Assembly: GCF_004010195.1 (NCBI RefSeq)
Contig: NC_057718.1
Coordinates: 96,850,138 to 96,874,809, forward strand
Reading direction: 5' to 3'
From: Chiloscyllium plagiosum
Lineage: Eukaryota
DNA: 24,672 bases
In this document: in pieces, positions 10,748 through 20,081 of the stretch
Layout: each line of letters starts with the position of its first letter
How positions within the stretch are numbered: the first letter of the stretch is position 1
Position numbers and translations under genes: made by a program
The notes under the pieces: generated by a model
The model's database searches: none
Told to the model about the DNA's origin: nothing
Seen by the model: the letters and a program-made list of their open reading frames with translations, nothing else

Positions 10748-11195
10748 GACATGGGAGCTAGGAGGAGGAGTAGGCCTCTCCAACCAGCTACCCCATACAG
10801 TCTGATCACAGCAATCTCACCTCAGCCTCAAGTCCACTTTCCTGCCCATTCCCCAGAACCCGTTACTAATTAAATAAGGAGCTGGTTAGCTCAATTGGCT
10901 GCACAGCTGATTTGTTGTACAGAGTGATGTCCACAGTGTGAGTTCAATTCCCACCACCAGCTGAAGTGACCATGAAGGACTTTCCTTCTCAAGCTCTCCC
11001 GTCACGGAGGTGCGGATATCCTCAGTTTAAACCACCCCAAGATGTCGCTCTCCAATGAGAGTGCAGGACTATGGGCTGTTAAGACAATGGTGACATTACC
11101 TTTGCTAATTAAAAATCTGGCTCTCTCTACCTTAAATTTATCCACAGCACTCAGGGGTAGTGAACTCCACAGATTGATGACCCTCTGAGGAAGGT
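10748..11195 (-). mobile_element. Old CR1 3' tail interrupted by a SINE
   Basis: ggagtaggcc...ccactttcctgcccattcccc resumes at 11105 with aatctg...ggggtagtgaactccacagatt. Confidence 0.65.
10875..11104 (+). mobile_element. Full-length tRNA-derived SINE (family not named)
   Basis: A box tagctcaattgg, B box agttcaattcc, and 9-bp TSD ctaattaaa (10866-10874, 11105-11113). A second, split copy is at 4072-5563. Confidence 0.8.
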
Positions 11196-11579
11196 GGCAT
11201 CAGGGAGAGATCATCCCCTTTCAATTACCACCCACAATCCAGTTGCCCCTCCCTCATTCCCATACAAACCTCCTCCCCACCCCAGAACCCTCCCTATATT
11301 ACTTACATGCAGGGCCTTAACAGATCAAAGTTTAAGGTGAGGAGGCAGGAGAATGGGGTTGAGAAATATACCGGCCATGAACAAGTGGTGAAGCTGACTC
11401 AATGGGCCGAGCGATCTAATTCTGCTCCTGTATCTTAAGGGAATCCAGTGGGTGTCATTCCCACAGCAGCCACTGCTGGGTGGGGGTGTTGAGCAGAGAG
11501 TTGCCTTGCTCTGGTTGGTCAGTAGCTCTCAGTGGGTAGGTTTCTGACCCGGATCCCTGGAGAAAGTCCACAACGTCGC

Positions 11580-12003
11580 CTGCTATGGAGGGCAAGGCCT
11601 ATGAGGAAAGGCTGAGGGACTTGAGGCTGTTTTCATTAGAGAGAAGGAAGTTAAGAGGTGACTTAATTGAGACATACAAGATAATCAGAGGGTTAGACTG
11701 GGTGGACAGTGAGAGCCTTTTTCCCCGAATGGTGAAGGCTAACACGAGGGGACATAGCTTTAAACTGAGGGATGATAGACATTGGACAGATGTCAGAGGT
11801 AGTTCCTTTACTCAGAGTATTAGGGGCGTGGAGCGGCCTGCCTGCAACAGTAGTAGACTCACCAACTTTAAGGGCATTTAAATGGTCATTGGATGAGCAC
11901 ATGGATGAAAACAGAATAGTGTAGGTTAGATGGGCTTCAGATTAGTTTCACAGGTCGGCACAACATCGAGGGCCGAAGGGCCTGTACTGCGCTGTAATGT
12001 CCT
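11580..12003 (+). mobile_element. CR1 LINE 3' fragment (distinct subfamily)
   Basis: MEGKAYEERLRDLRLFSLERRKLRGDLIETYKIIRG...TRGHSFKL plus tail gggccgaagggcctgtactgcgctgtaatg. Confidence 0.9.
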
Positions 12004-12211
12004 ATTGGCCACAAAATATCCCAAAAGAGGGCAACATCATTAGACAAGGAGTCCAACATCTCTATAAAATCCACGCCACCCTCCCAATCACCTCCAGGAG
12101 GCGTGAGCATGTTAAAATCAATCAGTCCAGCCACAGACACGTTTGCAGCTCAGTCCCATCCGCTCTTCGCCCCATTTGGAAACAAAAACTTCAGGACACA
12201 AACATTTCGCT

Positions 12212-12402
12212 AACAAAAATCAGAAACTGCTCGAGAAACTCAGCAGCTCTGGCGGCATCTGTGGAGAGAGAAAGCAGCCCTGAAGGGTCACCGGACACAA
12301 ATTGTTACCGCTTGTTTTTCCTCTCTCCCCAGGTGCTGCCGGACCTGCTGAGTTTCTCCAGCAATTTCCGTTTCTATTTCAGATCTCCAGCGTCCACAGT
12401 TC
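12212..12402 (+). mobile_element. Fold-back Penelope-like mini-element, family C
   Basis: Inverted arms about 12221-12277 and 12310-12372. Degenerate hammerhead ctgaagggtcaccggacacaaattgtta at the centre. Homologous to 677-876 in the opposite orientation. Confidence 0.75.
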
Positions 12403-12727
12403 CCGAAAACTGCTCCCTCCTGCCCCCTGCGCCCCCCCCCCCCCCACCACAGGCCCTGCTTGACAATTGGTGCTATGTCACTGCAGGAGTTGGTTGTGAG
12501 TGGACAGAGGGTCGGAGTGGTCCAAACGCAAGGCACCCAGCCAATTACCAGCCTCAGCTTTCAGGCCACAGAACTCCTCCTACTATACAACATCCATCGA
12601 CAGATAAAGAGCACATGTTGGTGGGTCAAGAACCTCAGAGCTGGGGCCCCTCTTAGAACAGTGAGGGGGTGCCCTGACCTAGAGAATAAACCTTGCTATC
12701 CACCTAGACAACTCACGCCTTATCATT

Positions 12728-13096
12728 GAATCACAGAATCCCGACTGTGGGGAAAAAAGGCCATCCGGCCCATCAAGTCTGCACCGACCATCCAAAGTGC
12801 ATCCCGCACAGAGCTACCCCACTACCTTATCCCTGTATTTCCCATGGCTCATGCAGCTAGCCTGCCCATCCCTGCACACTCTGGGCAATTTAGCATGGCC
12901 AATCTATCTAACCAGACACTGCGGACAATTTCCTACAGCCAATCCAACCTGCACATCTGTGGACTGTGGGAGGAAACAGGAGTACCTGACGGAACCTCAC
13001 TCAGACACAGGGAGAAACTCTACACAGACAATCACCCGAGGCTGGGATCGAACCAGAGTCCCTCGCGCAGTGAACCACTGAGCCACCATGCTGCCC
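12728..13096 (-). mobile_element. HE1 (V-SINE) with an internal duplication of about 35 bp
   Basis: Tail, V-domain and head (ccactgagccaccatgctgccc) in reverse. The segment cact..gg.caattt....gccaatc occurs twice within about 12875-12950. Confidence 0.85.
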
Positions 13097-13334
13097 CGGT
13101 CAGGGTAGTGTAGAGATAGGCCAAGAGTTGCTCTGTAGTCAGTGTTGGAAGATGGACCATGGATTAGCCTTTGTAGAAACTGTTTTATTCCTCAACAAGG
13201 TGCGGTTTATTACATAACTATGGTCAGGTAACATGAACCCTTAGGCACATTAACTATTACTAAGTAGGAATGTTCGCAATAGAGTAGGTCATAGAACCCG
13301 TAAAGGGACGATGGGCTGAATATCCTCCTACACT

Positions 13335-13745
13335 GTACCAGGTCCGCCCGACCTCAGCTGGAGAATTGTGTCCGCCATATTATGGTGGTGGTGATGGAGG
13401 AGTGAGTGAGTAAGTGAGAGAGAGAGAGTGAAGAAAGACAGAGAGAGACAGAGAGAGACAGAGAGAGACAGAGATTCCCCACTTGTAAGGAGGAACGCAG
13501 AACTAGAGGCATGGACTTGATATGATGCGTAAAAGCAGCGATGGTGAAGCGAGAGAAACAGTCTAACCCTGCGAGTTGTTGGAGATGTGGAATGCATCAC
13601 CTGGAAACATGGTGGGGATAGGTTTCGACTGAGGAATCCGAGGGGGAATTGGATGGTTATTCAGATAGAAATGGTGTACGGGAAGTGGGTAATGGCACTC
13701 GTTGGAGGAGCTGGTGCAGACACAATGGGCTGAATGGCCTCACAA
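13335..13745 (+). mobile_element. Very old CR1 fragment containing a GA microsatellite
   Basis: cgacctcagctggagaattgtgt (RPQLENCV), aactagaggcat, gtggaatgca, and tail ctggtgcagacacaatgggctgaatggcctc. Confidence 0.6.
13400..13473. repeat. (GAGT)/(GA)/(GAGAGACA)n compound microsatellite
   Basis: Directly visible. Confidence 0.9.
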
Positions 13746-13969
13746 TCCCGTCAAACTGCCTGTTAGCATGGTCTCCATCTCATGGCTGGTGTTTGGACCC
13801 ACGGCTGATGCACTAGAGGGTCCTCCCCACAGCCACCACTGCGGTCTGTCTCAGAGGCTGCCAGCCCGCATGCTCGACCTACGACCCCTCTACAATGCAA
13901 GGATTCACAAACCACGCCCAGAGAGAGTAAGCCACACGTGTTTGATAAAGAGGCTAACCCTCCACGTAC

Positions 13970-14085
13970 CTGGCTCCCGAGTGACATCTATCTTTCCAAC
14001 ATGGATGCCGAGCTCCCTGCCAGACTTCCCGAGATCCTCCCAGTCTGCCTGGATTTGCTTACACGCTGGGCACCATGGGGCATGA
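13970..14085 (-). CDS. TMX4: Internal exon (exon 2) of a thioredoxin-related transmembrane protein, TMX1/TMX4 family, most like TMX4
   Basis: Minus strand reads ttccctcccacAG|T CAT GCC CCA TGG TGC CCA GCG TGT...GAG CCA G|GTACGT. Translation HAPWCPACKQIQADWEDLGKSGRELGIHVGKIDVTREP(G) has the CxxC active site. The 116-nt length and phase 2/phase 1 boundaries match exon 2 of vertebrate TMX1/TMX4. The IxVGK.DV pattern favours TMX4 over TMX1 (VNIAKVDV). The family is secure; the paralog choice is less so. Confidence 0.85.
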
Positions 14086-14263
14086 CTGTGGGAGGGAATG
14101 ACAAAAAGAAACCAAATCAAAGCATAATGTTCAAACGTGGAGTTTTACTTAAACCAGCGATTGATTCACACCTGCCTTTTGTTTTGTAAAACCAAAGAGC
14201 TGGCAACAGGGGTAGGCCATTCAGCCCCTCTGATTTTTATAACAAATGAAGAAGCATTAAATT

Positions 14264-14463
14264 CAAAAGATGTGCAGATTAGGTGAAATGGCCATGGTAA
14301 GTTGCCTATAGTGTCCAGGGATGTCTAGATTAGGTGCTCGAGTCAGGGGTAAATATAGGACAATAGAGTAGAGGAATGGGTCTCGGTGGGTTTCTCTTCA
14401 AAGGGTTGGTGTAGACTTGTTGGGCCGAAGGGCCGGTTTCCACATTGTAGGGGCTCTTTGATT
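14264..14463 (+). mobile_element. HE1 (V-SINE), 5'-truncated
   Basis: caaaagatgtgcagattaggtgaaatggccatg...ttgggccgaagggccggtttccacattgtagg. Confidence 0.85.
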
Positions 14464-14769
14464 TGGTGAGCTTATTTTATTCAAGAAGTTTGTGGTAACT
14501 GAATTCAACTCGCACTCAGTGAGGTTTGACCTTAGGCCTTCCCATCATGAAGCTGGGCTCCTGCATTGCTGATCCAGTAACATTACAACCACCACGTCCC
14601 CTCATGGCACAATCATTCCTTTTAGGTCTCACTACAGGCTCTTGAGTCACGCGGAGGGGCAAACACTGTGTCTAAATCCAAACTCAAAGAGAGAGTCTCA
14701 GTAGCTGATCCAAATCCCAGCCCCACTCACCGAGGACATTTGCCTGAACCAGCCGCTTGGTTCATCCAT

Positions 14770-14925
14770 TCGCGGGATCTTGGTGTCACCGTCTCAGCCA
14801 GCATTTGTTGACCGTCCCTAACTACCCTCGAGAAGCAGTTAATAGTCAACTATGGTGTGCAGGTTTGGACGCACATGGAGGTCAGACCAGTGCTTTATTT
14901 AAAAAGGGGATTAGTGAACACTTTA
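14770..14925 (-). mobile_element. Old SINE-like repeat, same family as 2385-2640
   Basis: gccagcatttgttgaccgtccctaa...cacatggaggtcagaccag...attagtgaac. A probable head fragment of the family lies at about 14470-14600. Confidence 0.55.
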
Positions 14926-14937
14926 ACAAGATGGAAG

Positions 14938-15281
14938 ATAGAATCCTCGTAGTGTGGATACAGGCCCAACAAGTCCACACCGACCCTCAGAAGAGTATCC
15001 CACCCAGACCCATTCTCCGACCCTATTACTCTACATTTACTCCTATCTAATGCACCTAATCTACACATCCCTGAACACTATGGGACAATTTAGCATGGTC
15101 AATCTGCGGCCTAACCTGCGCATCTTTGGAATGTGGGAAGAAACCACAGTACCCAGAGGAAACTCAAGCAGACACTGGGAGAATGTGCAAACTCCACAGA
15201 CTGTCGCCCGAGACTGGAATCTAACCCGGGTCCCTGGTGTTGTGAGGCAGCAGTGCTAACCATTGAGCCACCGTGCTGCCC
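14938..15281 (-). mobile_element. HE1 (V-SINE), full length
   Basis: Reverse complement begins gggcagcacggtggctcaatggttagcactgctgcctcac, then the V-domain and tail. Confidence 0.93.
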
Positions 15282-15299
15282 TTTGTTTTTAGAAACAAG

Positions 15300-15500
15300 G
15301 CTCACAGAGCATGGAAACAGAGCCTTCGGTCTAACTCCTCCACACTAAACAACTTTCCCAAACCAAACTAGTCCCGTTTGACAGCATTTGGCCCATACCC
15401 TTCCAAACCCTTCCTATTCATATACCCATCCAGATGCCTTTTAAATACTGCATTTGTACCAGCCTCCACCACTTCCTCTGGCAGCTCATTGCATACACAT
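15300..15500 (-). mobile_element. CR1 3' tail fragment
   Basis: gcatggaaacagagccttcggtc...ccagcctccaccacttcctctggcagctcatt. Confidence 0.88.
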
Positions 15501-15532
15501 TCTCTGGCTTGCTAGCCCGGTGTTATTACCTT

Positions 15533-16405
15533 AGTGTCATAGGGAATTACAGCACGGAAACCTTCGGTTCAACTTGTCCATGCTGACCAGATATTCCAAC
15601 CCAATCTAGTCCCTCCTGTCAGCACCCACCCCATAACCCTCTAAACCCTTCCTATTCATATACCCATCCAGATACCTTTTAAAATATTGTAATTGTACCA
15701 GCCTCCACCACTTCCTCTGGCAGCGCATTGCATACCCGTACCACCCTCTGCATGAAGAAGTTGCCCCTTCGGTCTCTTTTATATCTTTCCCCTCTCACCC
15801 TAAACCTATGCCGTCTAGTTCTGGACTCCCCCACCCTAGGGAAGAGACTTTGTCTATTTACCCTAACCATGCCCCTCATGATTTTATAAACCTCTATAAG
15901 GTCACCACTCACACTCCAACACTCCAGGGAAAACAGCCCCAGCCTGTTTAGCCTGTCCCTATAGCTCAAATCCTCCAACCCTGGCAACATCCTTATAAAT
16001 CTTTACTGGACACTTTCAAGTTTCACAACATCTTTCCAAAAGGAAGGAGACTAGAATTGCATGCAATATTCCAACAGTGGCCTAATCAATGTCCTGTACA
16101 GCCGCAACATGACTACACCTCCAATTTTGGAGTCATCTGCAAACCTAGTAGCTATACCTCCTATGTTCACATCCAAATAATTTATGTAAATGACAAAGTG
16201 TAGAGGACCCAGCACCGATCCTTGTGGCACTCCACTGGTCACAGGCCTCCAGTCTGAAAAACAACCCTCCACCACCACCCTCTGTCTTCTACTTTCTGTA
16301 TCCAAATGGCTAGCTCTCCCTGTATTCCATGTGATCTAACCTTGCTAACCAGTCTCTCATGAGGAACCTTATCGAAAGCCTTACTGAAGTCCATATAGAC
16401 CTTGT
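15533..16405 (-). mobile_element. CR1/HER1 LINE, RT region to 3' end, with an internal deletion
   Basis: [32 protein letters not shown] and MLPGLEDLSYRDRLNRLG... Confidence 0.92.
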
Positions 16406-16884
16406 CCCATTAAACAGCACCTCACCTTTGACGATGCACATCACAGCACTTCAATTCATAAATCAGCTCACAGCTAAAACAATACAGTACTGACTGAAAA
16501 CAAGAGGTGGACCATTCTCATGCAACGACGCTGCAGCACGGACCGTTCTCATTCACCACTGCGGCCATACAAGTGGATGTCAAGTTTTCGGAGTCAAAAT
16601 ATGAAAATAGCTCAGTTTAAAAATAAACCCATTGTTTATTGCTGCTAACGTTGATGAGTCTGCTTTGTAACCTGTAAAGGATGGACTGCAGACAGTATAA
16701 AATCTTTCAGCCGCACTGCAGAAAGAAGCTCACTGGGAATAATATGCTAATCGTCAAGGGGGTCAACAACTAGGGAGAGCTCTCAGCTCAGAGGGATACT
16801 GGCGAGATCACAAAAGTGAAGTCTCAAGGCTGGGTTCTGCATCTTTCATTACCACCCCCACCTCTGAGCTTAAAAACATTTAAC

Positions 16885-17045
16885 GACACGGTGGCTCAGT
16901 GGTTAGCACTGCTGCCTCACAGCACCAGGGACCCGGGTTCGATTCCAGCCTCAGGGGGGGGTGTCATGGCTGTGTGTGCAGTTTGAACACCCCGTGTGCG
17001 CGTGGGTTTCCTCCAGGTGTTCTGGTTTTCTGCTGCTGTCCAAAG
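16885..17045 (+). mobile_element. HE1 (V-SINE) 5' half
   Basis: gtggctcagtggttagcactgctgcctcacagcaccagggacccgggttcgattcc plus the V-domain up to gtccaaag. Confidence 0.9.
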
Positions 17046-17279
17046 GTGACTGGCAGGGGGAGCTGCAGATAAAGGGGGTGGTGGGGGCAGGATGGTGAAG
17101 TGGGGATAGGTGAAGACAGGTAGAGGGTACGACCTGGTTGGTCAATGGGAGGAACGAATCTGGTTGATGACAGGGAGCAGTGGAAGGGAGGGTGAGGGGC
17201 TGGGAAGAGAGTCAGGGGATGGGGAGGGGGAGGTTATTTGAAATTGGGGAACTCAATGTTGAATCCTCCGGGCTGTAGG
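17046..17279 (-). mobile_element. Penelope-like element fragment (ORF C-terminus plus pyrimidine-rich 3' UTR)
   Basis: Minus strand reads LQPGGFNIEFPNFK*, like the LxPxGxN end of PLE GIY-YIG ORFs, followed by a C/T-rich UTR. Confidence 0.7.
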
Positions 17280-17322
17280 TTTCCACACTGTAAGGATTCC
17301 ATGAAAACTTAGACTATCTTAC

Positions 17323-17488
17323 CCAAAGATGTGCAAATCAGGTGAATTGGCCACGCTAAATTGCCCGTAGTGTTAGGTGCATCAATCAGGGGAGAAATGG
17401 GTCTGGGTGGGTTACTCTTCGGAGGATCGGTGTGGACTGGTTGGGCCGAAGGGCCTGTTTCCACACTGTAGGGAATCTAATCTAATCT
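17323..17488 (+). mobile_element. HE1 (V-SINE) 3' half with (AATCT)n terminus
   Basis: ccaaagatgtgcaaatcaggtgaattggcc...gggcctgtttccacactgtagggaatctaatctaatct. Confidence 0.9.
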
Positions 17489-17550
17489 TATCTCCTGTCT
17501 TGTCTTCTGCCCATAATGCTGCATAATGAACAAAGCCTGCTACCAAAGCT

Positions 17551-17747
17551 AAAAATCAAAACCAGGTTATAGTCCAACAGGTTTAATTGGAAGCACTAGC
17601 TTTCAGAGCGCTGCTCCTTCATCAGGTGATAGTGGAGTACTTCCAATTTTAAACTAGAGCTTCCAAATAAACCGGTTGGACTATAACCTGGTGTTGTGTG
17701 ATTTTTAACTTTGTACACCCCAGGCCAACACTGGCATCTCCAAATCA
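17551..17747 (+). mobile_element. Fold-back Penelope-like mini-element, family A, 197 bp
   Basis: Perfect 13-bp TSD tgctaccaaagct (17538-17550, 17748-17760). Inverted arms accaggttatagtccaac / gttggactataacctggt. Same family as 1292-1582. Confidence 0.9.
17594..17628 (-). ncRNA. Minimal type I hammerhead ribozyme motif (Penelope-associated)
   Basis: Minus strand: cac CUGAUGA a GGAGC agc GCUCU GAAA GCUA gug. Both core boxes are intact, with stem II (one G-U pair), palindromic AGCU stem III, a CUA triplet and a 3-bp stem I. Activity untested. Confidence 0.7.
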
Positions 17748-18571
17748 TGCTACCAAAGCTTTCAAATCACTTAGCCTTATTTTCCATAGTTAACTGCTAA
17801 ACCACATCACAACCTTCAAAAGGAATGGATGCAATAAGGTTATATTTTCAGAGCAAGCAAAATATTGTTCTGAAATGACAGTGTTAATTTAGCTGTGTTT
17901 AACATTTTAGAAAAAATAGGTGCTTTTTAAAAAAATGCACATACTTGTTATGTTTTCGAAAAGGTAAACACAAAGTAAGGTTCTGTATTGTCAAGCACCA
18001 ATCTTAAATAAACGCTGTGGGGGTGGAGTCACACTTGAGTTAAATATACTGCACCCACTCCATTATCCGGTTCGAGCAGATCTCTGAAAGATAACCCGTT
18101 TCTACTCTTGAGTTTTCTACACACGCAAACACAGGAATAAATTATTCATTAAAGTGATGATATTTTCCCACAAGTACAATTCAGCCACAATAATGCAACT
18201 TGAAAATGAAGCCACTCCAAATTCCCCACATTGGTGAAACAAGAGGGGGACCTCTTCCTTGGCGTACTGCAGCAGACATTTCATTAACGTGTCCCCAAAA
18301 GCTGAGGCACGGATAAACAGAATGACAAACTCTACAACAGGGCCACACTTTTCGCAACCATGAGCAACTCTGACTTTTAGTCTGACTCTTACTCTGACTG
18401 GATAAACTCTGGGACAACTAGCAGGAGCCGCAACCTCCTGTCACTTTCAGGAATTAAATAGACTGTCTGTGGGTTGGTTGGGGTGGGGGGTGAAATCGAA
18501 TACCTCAGTTAATTATTGTCACATACTCAAACAAAGAAGTAAAATTCACGCACATTTGCTCTCGAACACTT

Positions 18572-19305
18572 AGTCATGGAGATGTACAGCACAGAAACAG
18601 ACCCTTCAGTCCAACTCGTCCATGCCGACCAGATATCCTAAATTAATCTAGGCCCACTTGCCAACACCCGGCCCATATCCTTCCAAACCCCTCCTATTCA
18701 TAAACCCATCCCGATGACTTTTAAATGTTGTCATTGCCCCAGCCTCCACCACATCCTCTGGCAGCTCACGTACCATTCTCTGCGTGAAAACGTTGCCCTT
18801 TAGGTCTCTTTTATATCTTTCCCCTCTCACCCTAAACCTATGCCCTCTAGTTCTGGACTTCCTCACCCCAGGGAAGAGACTTTGTCTATTTACCCTATCC
18901 ATGCTCCTCATGATTTTATAGATCTCTATTAGGTCACCCCTCAGCCTCGGACGCTCCAGGGAAAACAGCCCCAGCCTATTCAACCTCTCCCTATAGCTTA
19001 AATCTTCCAACCCTGCCGACCAGATATCCTAACCTAATTCAGTCCCATTTGCTTGCACTTGGCCCATATCCCTCTAAAACCTTCCTATTCATGTACCCAT
19101 CCAGATGCCTTTTCAAAGCTGTGATTGCACCAGCCTCCACCAATTCCTCCAGCAGAGTAGAGAGTGTGGTGCTGGAAAAACACAGCTGATCGGGCAGCAT
19201 CCAAGGAGCAGAATAGACGTTTCGAGCTCATTCCATACATGCACCACCCTCTGTGAAAAAGTTGCCCCTTAGGTCCCTTTTATATCTTTCCCCACTCACC
19301 CTAAC
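18572..19305 (-). mobile_element. Two tandem CR1/HER1 3' fragments (18572-19014, 19015-19305)
   Basis: ORF 18648-19010 (EDLSYRERLNRLG...GYGPGVGKW). A second tail restarts at tgccgaccagatatcctaa. Confidence 0.9.
19156..19224 (-). mobile_element. Short Penelope-like pLTR fragment, family D, inside a CR1
   Basis: Homologous to 23626-23712. The host reads cctccagcag|ctcattcc across the insert. The insert ends at the GAAACGTC hammerhead box. Confidence 0.7.
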
Positions 19306-20081
19306 CAGCCCTGATTTTCCTCTTCACCATTACATGGCTGAATAAAAACATTTGTGAAGAGCTGAACACACTGTACCACCTCATTTGTGGCTCGGTTTTA
19401 AGCCCAAAGTGTAAATGAATACATTCAGGCTTTTTCCAACTCATGTAAGTGTTGTATCCTTCCTTGATTCTCACTGGACTACCAAGTAGTAGTCCTCGAC
19501 CACACCATGCCAGACCAAGTAGATCCTCATCAAGAAACAGGACAGTGGCAACAAATCTCTCAGACTGATCTTACATCTTGATGAGCGGTGGGGAGGACCC
19601 ATCAGACAAAACACAAACCATTTCAGCAGAAAACAGTTGCAAAATGAAACGGCAAAAATTTCAGCAATTTCCCAACTCTTTGATAAAATCATATGTCACT
19701 TCAGTCGCTGATCTCTTTCATCGAGTCCTACAGCACAGAGACAGACCCTTTGGTCCAAACTGATCCATGCCGACCAAAATGTCCATCTACGCTGAGCCCA
19801 TCTGCCTGCACTTGGCCCACATCCTTCTAAACCTTTCTTATCCATGTATTTGCCCAAATGCCTTTTAAATGTTGTTAACCCACTTCTAATGGCAGCTCAT
19901 TCGATTTGTGTACCACCCTCTGTATAAAACAGTTACCCCTCACGTTTCCTTTCATTCTTCCCCCTCTAACCTTAAACTGATGGCCTCTAGTCCTCGATCC
20001 CCCAACCCTGGGAAAACGACCGAGTGCGTTCACTCTATCCATGCCTCTCATGACCTTATACACTTCTGTCAGAGCCTCCCT

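Noticed and set aside
11997..12656. 219-aa proline-rich ORF
   Set aside because: It reads through a PLE fold-back and a poly-C run and has no coding signature.
16885..16950. tRNA gene (also 2811, 10878, 15281, 24190)
   Set aside because: These are tRNA-derived SINE heads continuing into SINE bodies, without a complete cloverleaf.
19303..19560. Minus-strand open frame of about 90 codons (SERFVATVLFLDEDLLG...)
   Set aside because: No good splice acceptor and no recognisable homology. The length is compatible with chance.
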